In this document: piece after piece, positions 1 to 10,267 of the stretch
Numbering within the stretch: position 1 is the stretch's first letter
Layout of the letters: each line of letters begins with the position of its first letter
NCBI GenBank assembly: GCA_013265495.1
Contig: MU058424.1
Coordinates: 108,880-128,879, forward strand
Direction: 5' to 3'
From: Vicugna vicugna
Lineage: Eukaryota
DNA: 20,000 nucleotides
Translations under genes and position numbers: made by a program
The notes under the pieces: model-generated
What the model was told of the DNA's origin: nothing
Seen by the model: the letters and a program-made list of their open reading frames with translations, nothing else
Database searches by the model: none

Positions 1-2
1 CC

Positions 3-518
3 TTTCCTCACCTCTTGTCTCTTAGCAAGATCAGGGCTTTTCTCTGCTTGGTGTGGAAACGGAAACTTCAGTTTTTTGCAGTGACTTTAGTCTCCATATT
101 TTTAGTTTGGAGATTTACTTATGCTCATAAGTACTTGCTAGCAGACAACAGACATTACACCTTCTACGTGTGGAAGAGAGTTTTCCAAAGACACGAAATT
201 GTGAGATATTTGTTAGTTCCACTCTACATATTTGCTGGTTGGAGCATAGCGGACTCACTGAAGTCAAAGCCCATTTTCTGGAATTTAATGTTTTTTGTGT
301 GCTTATTTGCTGTTACAGTACCTCAGAAATTGCTAGAATTTCGTTACTTCATTTTACCTTATGTCATTTATAGACTTAACATACCCCTGCCGCCCACATC
401 CAGGCTTGTCTGTGAGCTGGGCTGCTATGCAGTCGTCAATTTCCTGACTTTTTACATCTTCCTGCACAAGACTTTTCAGTGGCCAAACAGTCCGGACACT
501 CAGAGGTTCATGTGGTAA
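3..518 (+). CDS. ALG10: 3' part of the terminal coding exon of ALG10/ALG10B (DIE2/ALG10 family alpha-1,2-glucosyltransferase); CDS begins upstream of the window
   Basis: Open frame from position 3 (FPHLLSLSKIRAF...) to TAA at 516-518, immediately followed by TAG (519-521). It contains family motifs HKYLLADNRHYTFYVW and PQKLLEFRYFILPY and the C-terminus FQWPNSPDTQRFMW. The ORF-track start at 15 is an internal TTG (Leu), not a real start. Confidence 0.97.
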   Translation, partial: FPHLLSLSKIRAFLCLVWKRKLQFFAVTLVSIFLVWRFTYAHKYLLADNRHYTFYVWKRVFQRHEIVRYLLVPLYIFAGWSIADSLKSKPIFWNLMFFVCLFAVTVPQKLLEFRYFILPYVIYRLNIPLPPTSRLVCELGCYAVVNFLTFYIFLHKTFQWPNSPDTQRFMW

Positions 519-676
519 TAGCAGGGTTATCTGGAGCTCCAGAAATAGACTTATTATTTAGACTATTTTCATAATGAAAATTGAGTAAGTAGAAATTTTG
601 GAATTTCTTTTGGGCACCATGGTGAGCCTCAGATCATAAGACTTTTTTTAATGTTTTAAATATCAAACATTTTAAA

Positions 677-738
677 TATATGTATATACACATATATATG
701 TGTGTGTGTATATATATATATATATGCATATATATATA
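677..738. repeat. Compound (TA)n/(TG)n microsatellite in the proximal 3' UTR
   Basis: atatgtatatacacatatatatgtgtgtgtgtatatatatatatatatgcatatatatata. Confidence 0.9.
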
Positions 739-1256
739 AAATCTAAGGCAGTGAAGTGATAAAAAACAGAAAAGTTTTAAGACATGCTCCATAAGCCTGA
801 AAAATGATGGGAAAATAAAATTATTTGCAGCTATCTCATGGTATTTCTTTGATACTCTTGGCCACTCAAAAAGCTTGGAAGCTTTTTACACCAAATTTAA
901 GAAACCTGGGTGTACTTTGTGGTGCTGGAACTTACTCATTCTCTTCCAAAAGAAGTAGCAAAGCCTTTGAAAAATATTTACAGATGATGAGATAATAGTC
1001 TTGACTGAAAAGTTGTTTAATATTTTAATGAATATAATTTTAAGTGTAAGGCAAAACAGACTCACATAGATAGTGCATGTTATAAAATTAGAGGCTCTTC
1101 TGTGTTTATCTAGAAATCAAGTTGCTGATTTTTGTTAAAAATCTAGGAATGATGGAAGTCCTCTCACTGTTCCTAATGTGAAAATATGATAGCCAAAGAT
1201 AAGTTGTGTTGATGATAACACTTTTTAAAGGGGATTTGCTTCCTGAAATACATCAC

Positions 1257-1689
1257 TGTATTAGTTTCCTATGGCTGCCATGGCCATTACAGATTACCAC
1301 GTATTTGGTGGCTTAAAAAAATGTCTGTCACCGTTCTGGAGGCCAGAAGTCTAAAATTAAGATGTCAGCAGTGTTAGTGACTCCTGGAGGCTCTGAAAGG
1401 TAACCCATCCCGTGCTCTCCTGCCTTCCGGTGTTGGAAATGCTTGGTGGTCCTCGGTTTACAGGTGCGTCACCCCCGTCCCTGCCTCTGTCTTCACATGC
1501 CTTCCTCTCTGTCTTCCTTCTCTTACAAGGACAGTGTCTTTGGATTTAGGGCCCACCCTGATCCAGGATGACCGCGTGTCCAGAGCTTTAACTTAATAAT
1601 ATCTGCAAAGACTCTCTTTGCCATATGAGGTCGTATGTTCAGATTCCGAGTATACCTATCTTTTGGGGGGCACTTTTCAACCCACCAAA
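1257..1689 (-). mobile_element. Solo MaLR LTR, MLT1 family (MLT1B/C/D-like)
   Basis: Starts TGTATTAGTTTCCTATGGCTGC and contains GTTCTGGAGGCCAGAAGTCTAAAATTAAGATGTCAGCA and GGATTTAGGGCCCACCCT. Ends TTTTGGGGGGCACTTTTCAACCCACCAAA, matching the reverse complement of the recalled MLT1 consensus. Possible decayed 5-bp TSD ATCAC/GTTAC. Confidence 0.9.
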
Positions 1690-1779
1690 GTTACCAAAGT
1701 AGATTTTTATGATAAAACTCATAAAATGTGTAGGAAAGAGTTTCTTTGCTGAGATATTTTAAATAAAATTGTATCTTTT

Positions 1780-1852
1780 CTGAGAGGTTAAAAACAAGTG
1801 ACCTCCAAGGTCACATAGTTGCAAAACTAAAAATAACTGAGACTTGATTCCA
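1780..1852 (-). mobile_element. Short MIR fragment
   Basis: GAGAGGTTAA...AAGTGACCTCCAAGGTCACATAGTT resembles the MIR core gagaggttaagtaacttgcccaaggtcacacagct. Confidence 0.55.
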
Positions 1853-2228
1853 TGATCCAAAAATAGTTCGAATTTAAGGGAAGTTTAGAAATTATTTGAT
1901 CTAGTCTTATTTTCTAGGTTAGGGGTTTGGGGGGGGTCGGTTTTGGATTCCGTGTCTGCTGTTTTGAGTACATTCTTTGCGTTTTCATCCTATTACAGCA
2001 AAGTATTATTTGGATATGTTAACTTTGACATGTAAACTTAGAACTGTGAGTAGAATTTATCTTTTAATCCAGTTTTATGTTGGTAAACTTTTTAATCACT
2101 GTGTGAACTGTCTTCAGTGTTGAATTATGCTTTCTTTGGGTTTTACACAATGAGTGGATTTGGAAAACACTCTCCATTTGCAAATATAAAATTGTGTGCA
2201 GGTGAAAATTACAAGTGTAGTCTTGAGT

Positions 2229-2234
2229 AATAAA
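2229..2234 (+). promoter_or_regulatory. Candidate proximal polyadenylation signal of ALG10
   Basis: AATAAA with TGTA just upstream (2216-2219) and U/GU-rich sequence downstream; usage cannot be shown from sequence alone. Confidence 0.35.
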
Positions 2235-3265
2235 TACAAAATCTTTTATTGTATAAACTATGTGGGGCCAAGTTGTGCTCTATTTAGTGCTCAGAAAGCA
2301 GATTGATTGATTTTTTAATAATAACAGTGACTGTACGATGGATATTTCTACCTAAACTTTTTAAATAAGACAAGAAAGCACGCTCAGACAAATTATGATT
2401 TTATAATGGGAGACAGGAGTTCCAGGAAGTCAAAATTCTCCCCAAAATGTGTAAGTTAGGAAAAACAACTTTCTTATCTGATACTCTTGGTGCAAGGCTT
2501 TTATTTTTAGGCATATTTTTGGGATGAAAACTTTTTCTCTCTGACCGAGTCTAGCAAGAACGAGGAGGCTGTCCCACCCCGTGGACTGAGGGAATCATTG
2601 TTCCTGTTAAGTTTGAAGGGTGGAGTCCCTGTCTTTAAAGGGATCTTTTGGAATTCTGTGAATTAAAAGTTGCTGTACAGTGTTGCTTTTAGAAACATCC
2701 TGAAGTTATGTGTGTTTTGAACATTTTTCAGGAGTTACCAAATAGATATTTTTGATATTAGACTTGACTGAGTTTCTTGATTACAAGGTAATTCTTTGTC
2801 AAAAAAAAAAAAAAGTGTTTACAGGCTGGGGAGCCTGTGAGCCCTTACAATTATTGTTCTTAAACCCTGTAAGTGGGATTATTCTAAAGAATATGATAAA
2901 AATATTTGGTCCATACATTTTTTAGGCCCAGTAATACATCTTTCTGAAATTTTTCTACCTTATATGAAATTGTATAGATAGAGTATTACTGTTGTAGATG
3001 TAGAGTATTGTATACATATAAAGTGTTAGATGGCATTAGTAAGGTTCTGATATACTGTTTCTTCACAATTGTTTGTATTTTCTTTTAGCGGATACCTATA
3101 AATCTTTTCTGATACATCTATATATTTAATTTATTTTGGAAATACACTCATTCCTGGGTTTAAGCATAGCATGTCCTTTTGACAAGAGAAATGGTGTTAG
3201 CTGTCTGACCTCTTCCTCCTCCTCTTAAAGTTATTTCTGGAATGTGCTTAGCCTGTCATAAAGTA

Positions 3266-3331
3266 TCTAATAAAAATAGCTTAATGCCGTATATTTCTAA
3301 TAAATAAATAGCTTACTGCAGTGTACTTCTA
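3266..3331. repeat. Imperfect ~30-32 bp tandem duplication, each unit containing AATAAA
   Basis: tctaataaaaatagcttaatgccgtatatt / tctaataaataaatagcttactgcagtgtact / tcta. Confidence 0.7.
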
Positions 3332-3629
3332 GTTTGAGTTTAACCACCACTGGGCTTGACAACTTTTTTTCTGTATAATTGTCTGAAGACCAGGTGTGGA
3401 GAAGAAAAGAGAGCCTCAGTTTTTATTTATACCCTCTAAGTGGTGGACTATTTTTTTTAGACTCTCTTTTAAGTAAAATATTTCTATAAAGAAATCCATG
3501 TTCATTATATTAGAGAGCATTTATTATCTTTAAAACAATTAGAATTTCATTAAAAAGTGAAACAAGAAAGTAACATCATGCAAATAATATGAAAACATTT
3601 TTTCTAATGAAAATGTAAGTACAACTTAG

Positions 3630-3780
3630 GACAGTGGGCTGTAGAAAAAGCATTTAACATGGGAGTTAGGAATTCGTTATTTTACTGTGGTTTGGGAGTC
3701 AATAAGGCACGTGGTTTAATCTTTGGTCCTCACTTCAAATGAGAATAGTATTTGTTGTAAGTCAGTGCCTGGCACCTAAC
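3630..3780 (+). mobile_element. Highly decayed MIR
   Basis: tRNA-like head remnant (gtagaaaaagcatttaacatgggagttag), core remnant (ttaatctttggtcctcacttcaaatgagaatagta) and tail (cagtgcctggcac). Confidence 0.45.
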
Positions 3781-4699
3781 CTTATTTCAAAAAACAATTC
3801 AGCCCCTGCCATACATACGTAAATTTATTATTATATAATAAATATTGAGTGGATGAATGCTGAATGAAGTTTTTGAGTACAGAATGAAGTGAATATCCTA
3901 GTAAAAGTATGATACATGACCATAAGCTAATTTCAGGAAATAAATGACCTGTTTGGTAATGAGAGCCATTCTAACCCTTTTTCATCTTAAGTCTCCTGAC
4001 CTACTTTTAAAAATTTTTATTTAATGTGGTGTTTGATAATTACATAGGTATTTACTTGAAAATATGTGTTGTTTTTATAATAGAATATGATTTCAAAACT
4101 TTTGCTGTTTATTTAAAATAAGAAAAATAATTAACTGCCAACCATTAAATTGTAAGAGCAGCAGAATTCTTGATCATTAACACAGTTTTAGGGGAAAAGG
4201 CAAATTACAACCAATTACAAATATTTCATGTTGTCTCAGGCTGCATTTTACTAATTTAGAGGTAACTGTTATTTAGGGTACTTTTTAACATATTTAAATA
4301 TTGACAAAAAGACAAATATTTCCAATATAATAAAACCTGCATAGCTAAGAAAATTATAAAAATGGATAGACCGAAGACACATTTTTGACATGTATCTGTG
4401 AATCCAACACTTAAGTATTTACTATTTGGAAATTATTTCTAGGATAAGAAATTTTATCAGAGAGTAATCCAATAGTATCTTTATAATCATGCTTTTTAAA
4501 AAAGAGTATTTGATTAATTTAATTTGAGCTCTGCATCACCATCAGCCCAAAATAGAGAAGGTATTTTTCTGATGAGAGAAATACTACACATTGCATTGAT
4601 TTTTCACAAAGACTGAAACTTAGGTTGATTCAGTTCAGTTGAACCGTATATGTGTACATGGGGCACATACAAAACAAGGGAGAGAGATGGAAAGTAATA

Positions 4700-4930
4700 G
4701 TAACAAAAATCGCTCTTATTTACTTAGCTCCTACAGAGCTGTAGGCACTGCACAGACTGCTTTACAAACACTGTCTCGTTTGATCTTACTCGTGTTCCTG
4801 TTAGGGAGAAGTTGGTTTCTGTTTGACTGCTGGAGGAAACCAAGTCAGGCTGATCTGGTAACTTGCCTGCAGTCAGCTCCTTAAGAATGCGGTCTGACCT
4901 CCAAGCCGGTGAGTCTTTGACTGCTACTCT
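4700..4930 (-). mobile_element. MIR SINE
   Basis: ggcactgcacagactgctttacaaacactgtctcgtttgatcttac...gaggaaaccaag...gtaacttgcctgcagtca...gtctgacctccaagcc follows the reverse-complement MIR consensus in order. Confidence 0.7.
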
Positions 4931-5021
4931 GCCTCGGCATGGAAGTTCTTCATAAAGAGCAGTAGGGTGTGCAGAGAGAGGTGATAATCTGCCTTCACTT
5001 TGCCTTAGCCGGACCATTCTT

Positions 5022-5096
5022 GGCACGTTATTTTTTATATTGGATGTAGTCACTTTTAGGCATGTTATTTTTTATATTGGATGTAGTCACTTTTAG
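5022..5096. repeat. 37-bp tandem duplication (2 copies, 1 mismatch)
   Basis: ggcaCgttattttttatattggatgtagtcactttta (5022-5058) / ggcaTgttattttttatattggatgtagtcactttta (5059-5095). Confidence 0.95.
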
Positions 5097-5149
5097 AAAT
5101 GCTAGAAACTGTTTAGAGGAGAGTGAGCAGATGATGAGTGATTATAGTT

Positions 5150-5480
5150 CTGTTGAAGAGAAATGGCTAGAAGAATATATAGGATGTTTAACTTGGAAAA
5201 GCAGAGATCCCTTAACTTGGTAACATCTCAGAGTTGAGGAATAATTTGGAAGGATCGGACTATTCACACCTGCAGATCAAGGGCCAACAGATTTAAACAC
5301 ATGAAAAGCATACATTTTCTAATTGTTTATTTTTCTACAGTGGAATGGACCCAGAGAAAAGTAAGTTCACCTGCTCACTGGAGGCAAGATTCTATTTATC
5401 AGGGGTGCTACAGAAGGGATTCATACAGAAAGTAGGGAGAGTAAAATGGCTTTTTAAGATAGCTTGCAACCCTGTGACTT
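5150..5480 (+). mobile_element. Ancient L3/CR1 LINE 3' fragment
   Basis: gaaatggctagaagaa...ggatgtttaacttggaaaagcagaga and tggaatggac...gtaagttcacctgctcactggagg...tcaggggtgctacagaagggattc resemble recalled L3 3'-end blocks in the correct order. Confidence 0.6.
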
Positions 5481-5811
5481 GACATTCCTAAGCTTGTTAT
5501 GGCTGATATTTTGTACATGAATTGCTGAGTCATGGTGAAGTATTCCTGGCGACTTGCATAGTGATTTTGATACATTTTAAATTTCTGAATAAAAAGTACT
5601 TTGAACTCTGTTCCCTTGTTTCAGAAACAAATTGGAGGTACAGACTTAGTAGGAGATATTTTAAGCTATATAGTGTTAGAGACTACTGCTATTAAAGTAT
5701 TTAATTGGTTTTTTATTTTGTGATTCCTTTTACATTAGTGAAGAGAATGTGCATGTGCTTTTCCCCTGTGGATCCACCGGGCAAGCCCTAGCTGTAAGGT
5801 TTTTAACGCAG

Positions 5812-5830
5812 TGCCCACTAGGTGGTGCTA
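5812..5830 (+). promoter_or_regulatory. CTCF-binding-motif candidate
   Basis: TGCCCACTAGGTGGTGCTA versus consensus TGGCCACCAGGGGGCGCTA; the differences fall at positions where the motif is known to vary. Confidence 0.6.
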
Positions 5831-6144
5831 CTGTGCTATATTTCTAGGTGTTTTTGTACTTAAACTTTCTTACTGTCTCAGTTAACATTTTTTTAGTTTT
5901 AAGTTTTGATCCACAAAGTATTTTATAGCATTCATGTCTGTTTATTATAATGGTTTTTAAGCTGTTTCCTGAATTGTATGAAGCTAAGGTAAATGTTTTA
6001 AAAAATCATGTGTTTTGTCCTCACGTATTAGGTGATTTAACCTAATGTATCTTCCCACGTGACATTCTTTTCTCCGTGGCTTAGTGGCGTAAATCAAGGT
6101 CTTTTCCCAAAAGCAGTGAGTTATGATGATGACAAATTTGAAAA

Positions 6145-6338
6145 CTCATAGAGCATCATGTTGATCACTGTTCTAGGTGTTTTACCCGTGTTGTCTTATG
6201 TGCCCCTCACAGTAACTCTGTGGGACTAGTACTGTTCGTATTTCCACCCTGCACGTGAGGGAACTGAGTATTTTGCCCAAGATAACAAAGTAAGCCGGCT
6301 GAGCTGGGATTCAAACTCCAGAATCCATGTTCACTACT
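6145..6338 (-). mobile_element. MIR SINE
   Basis: cactgttctaggtgttttac...cctcacagtaactctgtg...gtgagggaactgag...ttgcccaagataaca...gagctgggattcaaactc. Confidence 0.75.
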
Positions 6339-6673
6339 CTCAGTGGGTGGGGGTGGGGGAAGTGGGAGGAAGGGCACAAAGTCTACCTACAAGTTTGTAG
6401 TGTTTTAGAAAGAAAAATAACCCTGGTGACTGTGGTTATACTGTCTTATAGACGAGGAAAATGAGGCCCACGCTAATTTCGGCTGTTCGAGAGGCAGGTC
6501 GTTTTGTCTCTGCCACTGTGTCTTCCCTTTCTGTTCTGTGATGGTGCCGCAATGTGATATGCATGCGTATTTAAGAATTTAAGGGAGAAAAAAAGGAAAC
6601 AACCCAGGAGCGGAGTCTTTAGACAGGTTAATTTACATTGAAATAAAGACCTGTATTTTAATTAGAATGATTG

Positions 6674-6692
6674 CAGCCACCAGATGGAGGAG
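6674..6692 (+). promoter_or_regulatory. Second, weaker CTCF-like motif
   Basis: CAGCCACCAGATGGAGGAG (core CCACCAGATGG). Confidence 0.4.
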
Positions 6693-7032
6693 CACAGTTG
6701 TTTGAAAATTGATACTTAGTTTCTCCAAGGAAACTTCTATTTGGAAGCAAACTGTTGATTAAATATGGCATACTTTGGATTTTTTTTTAATTTTGACTGA
6801 AAAAGCTTAATTTTTTTAAATCTATAAATATATGTTTTAGGTACTTTAATGTTTTGTATTCTTTAAGGTATTCTGTAAAATGGAGAGGTTTTTGACTTCT
6901 CAAATAATATTATGGGTTCATGTCTTTTAAAACTGATTTTTAAGTAAGCCTATTCTTTATAAAAATAAAAGACAGGTTTTTTTTTCCTTTTTAAAAAATT
7001 TGTCCAAATATCATGGTTTTATTTTGCTTGTA

Positions 7033-7038
7033 AATAAA
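7033..7038 (+). promoter_or_regulatory. Candidate distal polyadenylation signal of ALG10
   Basis: AATAAA at the end of a very AT-rich tract, with overlapping TGTAAATA and GU-rich tttgttgtgcctgtgt ~25-40 nt downstream; further AATAAA at 6964 and 6642. Confidence 0.4.
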
Positions 7039-7429
7039 CTTGTTTTTAAATAATATTTTAGAATTTGTTGTGCCTGTGTAACACATTCTCTTATTCTAAA
7101 CTGGGTACTAGTACATTTTTTTTCACTCACTTTGTGCTAGCAGCCATTCCACCCTGTGCAGCACACACCCAATCCTACACTTCATGACAGTCTTCTTGAA
7201 ATAATAGAACTGAATAATATTTTTAAGCTTCTATAATGAGTGCCCATCATTAGCCTGGATGACTGCCTTCATTTTATTCTCACAATAGTGGAAAGCAGTT
7301 AATCTACGAGCCGATCACCTTGAACTTATGGATGCTGGGATTTCTTTCTTAGTGCAGTGTTTTCCAAACACTTTACTTGGAAGTACTCAAATCCCAAATT
7401 TTGATCCCCGGTGATAAACAGAAGAGACC

Positions 7430-7840
7430 CCTGCTTGCCTTTCAGACTTCCAAGTCTTGCTTCCACTGGGCTCTCCCTTGCTTATATGCGGCTCGGAAGT
7501 CAGCCGAGGACTCACACACAGATCTAGGGGTTCCTCCTCTGTGACTCCTCCTTTCTGGGATTTCCCTTCTTAATCTATAGCTACTCTTGCAGCCCTAAGC
7601 TCCATCCTCTCACGCCTCAAACCAGTGATACTGCAGTTTTCAGACTAGGGTGTGTCCTCAGGGGGAAAGGTATAAACATGGATCGCCCCCAGTGAGATCT
7701 CGCAGTCATCAAATCCTGTCCGTTTCTTGCCTGCTTTAGTTTGTTCTTCAGTGCCTTCGGATAGATTTTTTTTTTTCCTTTTTAAGTTACTCAATCGGTA
7801 GAGCGGTTCATTTGATAAAAGCTCCTCTGCTGTTACCTGC
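7430..7840 (-). mobile_element. Old L1 5'-end fragment (L1M/L1ME-type 5' UTR)
   Basis: ctcctcctttctgggatttccc...gcagccctaagctccatcctct...ccagtgatactgcag...cctcagggggaaaggtataaa...gcctgctttagtttgttcttcagtgccttc...tgataaaagctcctctgctgttacc matches the recalled antisense L1ME 5'-end pattern. Confidence 0.7.
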
Positions 7841-8346
7841 TTAGGAATCGTGTCTTGATTACAGTTGTCACATGTTTATGTATGGGGAGTTGGGGTTGTT
7901 ATCTTTGAAGAACTGAAAGGGAGAGTTCCTAAAATTAGTGGGGCAAGTAAGTTTTTAGAATATTGACTTCTAATATGGTCCTCTAGTAAATCACAGTATT
8001 TGTAATTAAACCCATTGACCATTTAAGGGCCCCATTATGTGAAAATATTATCAAAATGTACAAAAGAAACTGACTTCCGGCAAGAAGAGCTTCCCTTCCC
8101 ACTAGGGGCTAACGAATGCCAAACGCAATGTGATGACCACTGAGGAGGGACGTGGAGTGGGGCTGTTTCTATGGAAGCAGAAGTTGTATCTGGCTGAAAT
8201 GGCGAAGAACTATTTCATGGGAAAATTGGCGTGTGAGTTTATACTTTATGGAGATCTGTGAAGACACTGAAAAACATTCCTAGCAGAATAAAAGGATGTG
8301 AACTAAAATTGCACAGTAAAACTCGCACACTTAGGCAGTAGGTGGC

Positions 8347-8500
8347 AATAACAGTGGACACTGATGGAGTGTTCGCTATATGCAAGGCACTAGGTCATTT
8401 TAAAATATTATTTAAGCGTCAGAGTAACTGTAAGGCAAATATTATTATTATTCCCATATTGTTATTGAGGAAAGTGAGACACAGGGAATTGAAACCATTT
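8347..8500 (-). mobile_element. MIR SINE
   Basis: ctatatgcaaggcacta...attattattattcccatatt...tgaggaaagtgagacacaggga. Confidence 0.75.
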
Positions 8501-10050
8501 TCAAACTTAAGTAGCTTGGCTCCAGGCCCTGCCCTCTTAGGAAGGGCACTGTTGCGACTCCATGTGAACGTGTGTGCGTGACAGCCTATGCTTCAAAGGC
8601 CCTGAGGTGATTTTCAGGTGGAAAATAGAAAAAGAACAATGTCCTGCTACACGCAGTGAGGAGCAAGGAGAACACACGTCCCGCACACAGCCCCTGTGGT
8701 AGGAGGGCTGGGGGAAAAGATGCTGCTGGGGAGAGGATAGCCAGTGTGCACTAGAAAGATGAATCTCTGCGCTCCCTCACTCCCTTAAACCTTGTGGCTG
8801 GTGCAGGGACCAGGGAGAAGGCTACTCCTGATTAGGAACATTAGGGGTTTGAGGTGGCCCCCTGACACATTTGGCCTGAAAGGTTTTGAAGCCAAGAGAT
8901 GAAGTCTTCTCGGGAGAAGCAGCAGGCACCACGTCAGGCTTCAGCAGTAGATACTATTATGTGTAATGCTTTACACTAGTTTCTTTTATAACCTGTCAGT
9001 CTCTAAAAACATGGTGAAAGAAGCAAATTTAAATGAAGAAGCCCGTCCTGATTTGGAATGTTAACTCCTGGTAGTGCCTCTGTGCGCGTCGGGTCCTGCA
9101 GCTGGATGAAGGGGAGGCCTCGGGAGAGCCACGTGGAGGAGACGCCTGCCGGGTCTAAGGCAGGAGCTGCAATTAGCCTCGCCTGGAGATGTGTGTCTTG
9201 GTCATTGGGCTTTGTCCCTTTTTAAAATGAAGGGGAAAGTGACACACGAAGGCTTACCAGGCGTTAGCATTCTAGGATCATATGAGAATATCTACATATG
9301 TTTCCTCCAACCCCCCAATCAGCACCTCCCCCACCTCTGCCTCCCAGCCTGTGTGCAAGCACTGCTGGGGCTGATGAGCATAGAACTTTAGGGACATTGT
9401 TAGGAAAAGAAAGAAGAAAATGAAATAGGAAGACTGAAGGGAAAAAAAGGCTCAACAAGAACAGGTAACGTGGAGAGGAAACCTGTATCGATGACTCATA
9501 TATCAACGATTCGCTCTCTCCATTAAAATATTTCATTTGGAAGACTCACTGCTTATGGAATGCCTACAGAATACTGATATGAAAAGAAAGAATATAATTG
9601 GATCAAAGTGAGGCAGCATGGCACTTGAGTTGAGCTTTGAAAAAGGAGGTGGTGTCCCCAAAGCCACAGATGGGCAGACCAAGAACGGCTTCACTAGAGA
9701 AACTCCAGAAATAATGAAATACCAAAGAAAGACAATCAATTGGTTAAGAAAGGCCAGGCAAACAAGCGTGTTCATTCACAAATTCCTAGGATTGGCCCCA
9801 TCCAATGGGGAGTTAGGTATCATATAATACTTGTAGGAACTTGTATTTAAAGCCAATTCCTGGAAATCTCAGGATATCCTTCCATTAAATAGAAGTGGCA
9901 GGGCATGCTTTCTTTTGGGGTCAGTATCTATGAAACAAGGTGATGCAGCAGCACTGATCCATGGGCTGATGGTCCCCAGCACAGTATAATCAGAAAAAAT
10001 ATGTATTTAAGCAGGCAACTTGCTTTGCTTTTCAACTATTATATATGCAG

Positions 10051-10073
10051 GTGTGTGTGCGTGTGTGTGTGTG
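10051..10073. repeat. (GT)n microsatellite, one interruption
   Basis: gtgtgtgtgcgtgtgtgtgtgtg. Confidence 0.9.
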
Positions 10074-10237
10074 GTTCTGTATGAAGCACTTACTTGAAAT
10101 CCTAGAGTTATGTAGAATTTGGTTGGAAAACCATCATTCTTGTTCTCTATATCAGAAAAAAAGCTGACACTCAGAGAAGCTGCTCATTCTAATTCATTTC
10201 ACAGTCTGCTGACCCAGAAGTCACTAGATTGTCCACT

Positions 10238-10267
10238 GCCTGACTCCCATTGGCCTGACTCCCATTG
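10238..10267. repeat. Perfect 15-bp tandem duplication
   Basis: GCCTGACTCCCATTG x2. Confidence 0.9.

Noticed and set aside
170..373. 67-aa alternative-frame ORF overlapping ALG10
   Set aside because: Out-of-frame shadow of the real exon, starting at a GTG codon, with no recognisable motif
4730..4745. Palindrome CCTACAG-AG-CTGTAGG
   Set aside because: 7-bp arms inside a decayed MIR; expected by chance in 20 kb
5022..5096. 37-bp direct repeats resembling a CRISPR repeat length
   Set aside because: Only two abutting copies with no spacer, in mammalian DNA
8099..8112. CCCACTAGGGGCTA as a third CTCF site
   Set aside because: One base short in the G-rich core, so spacing breaks the motif
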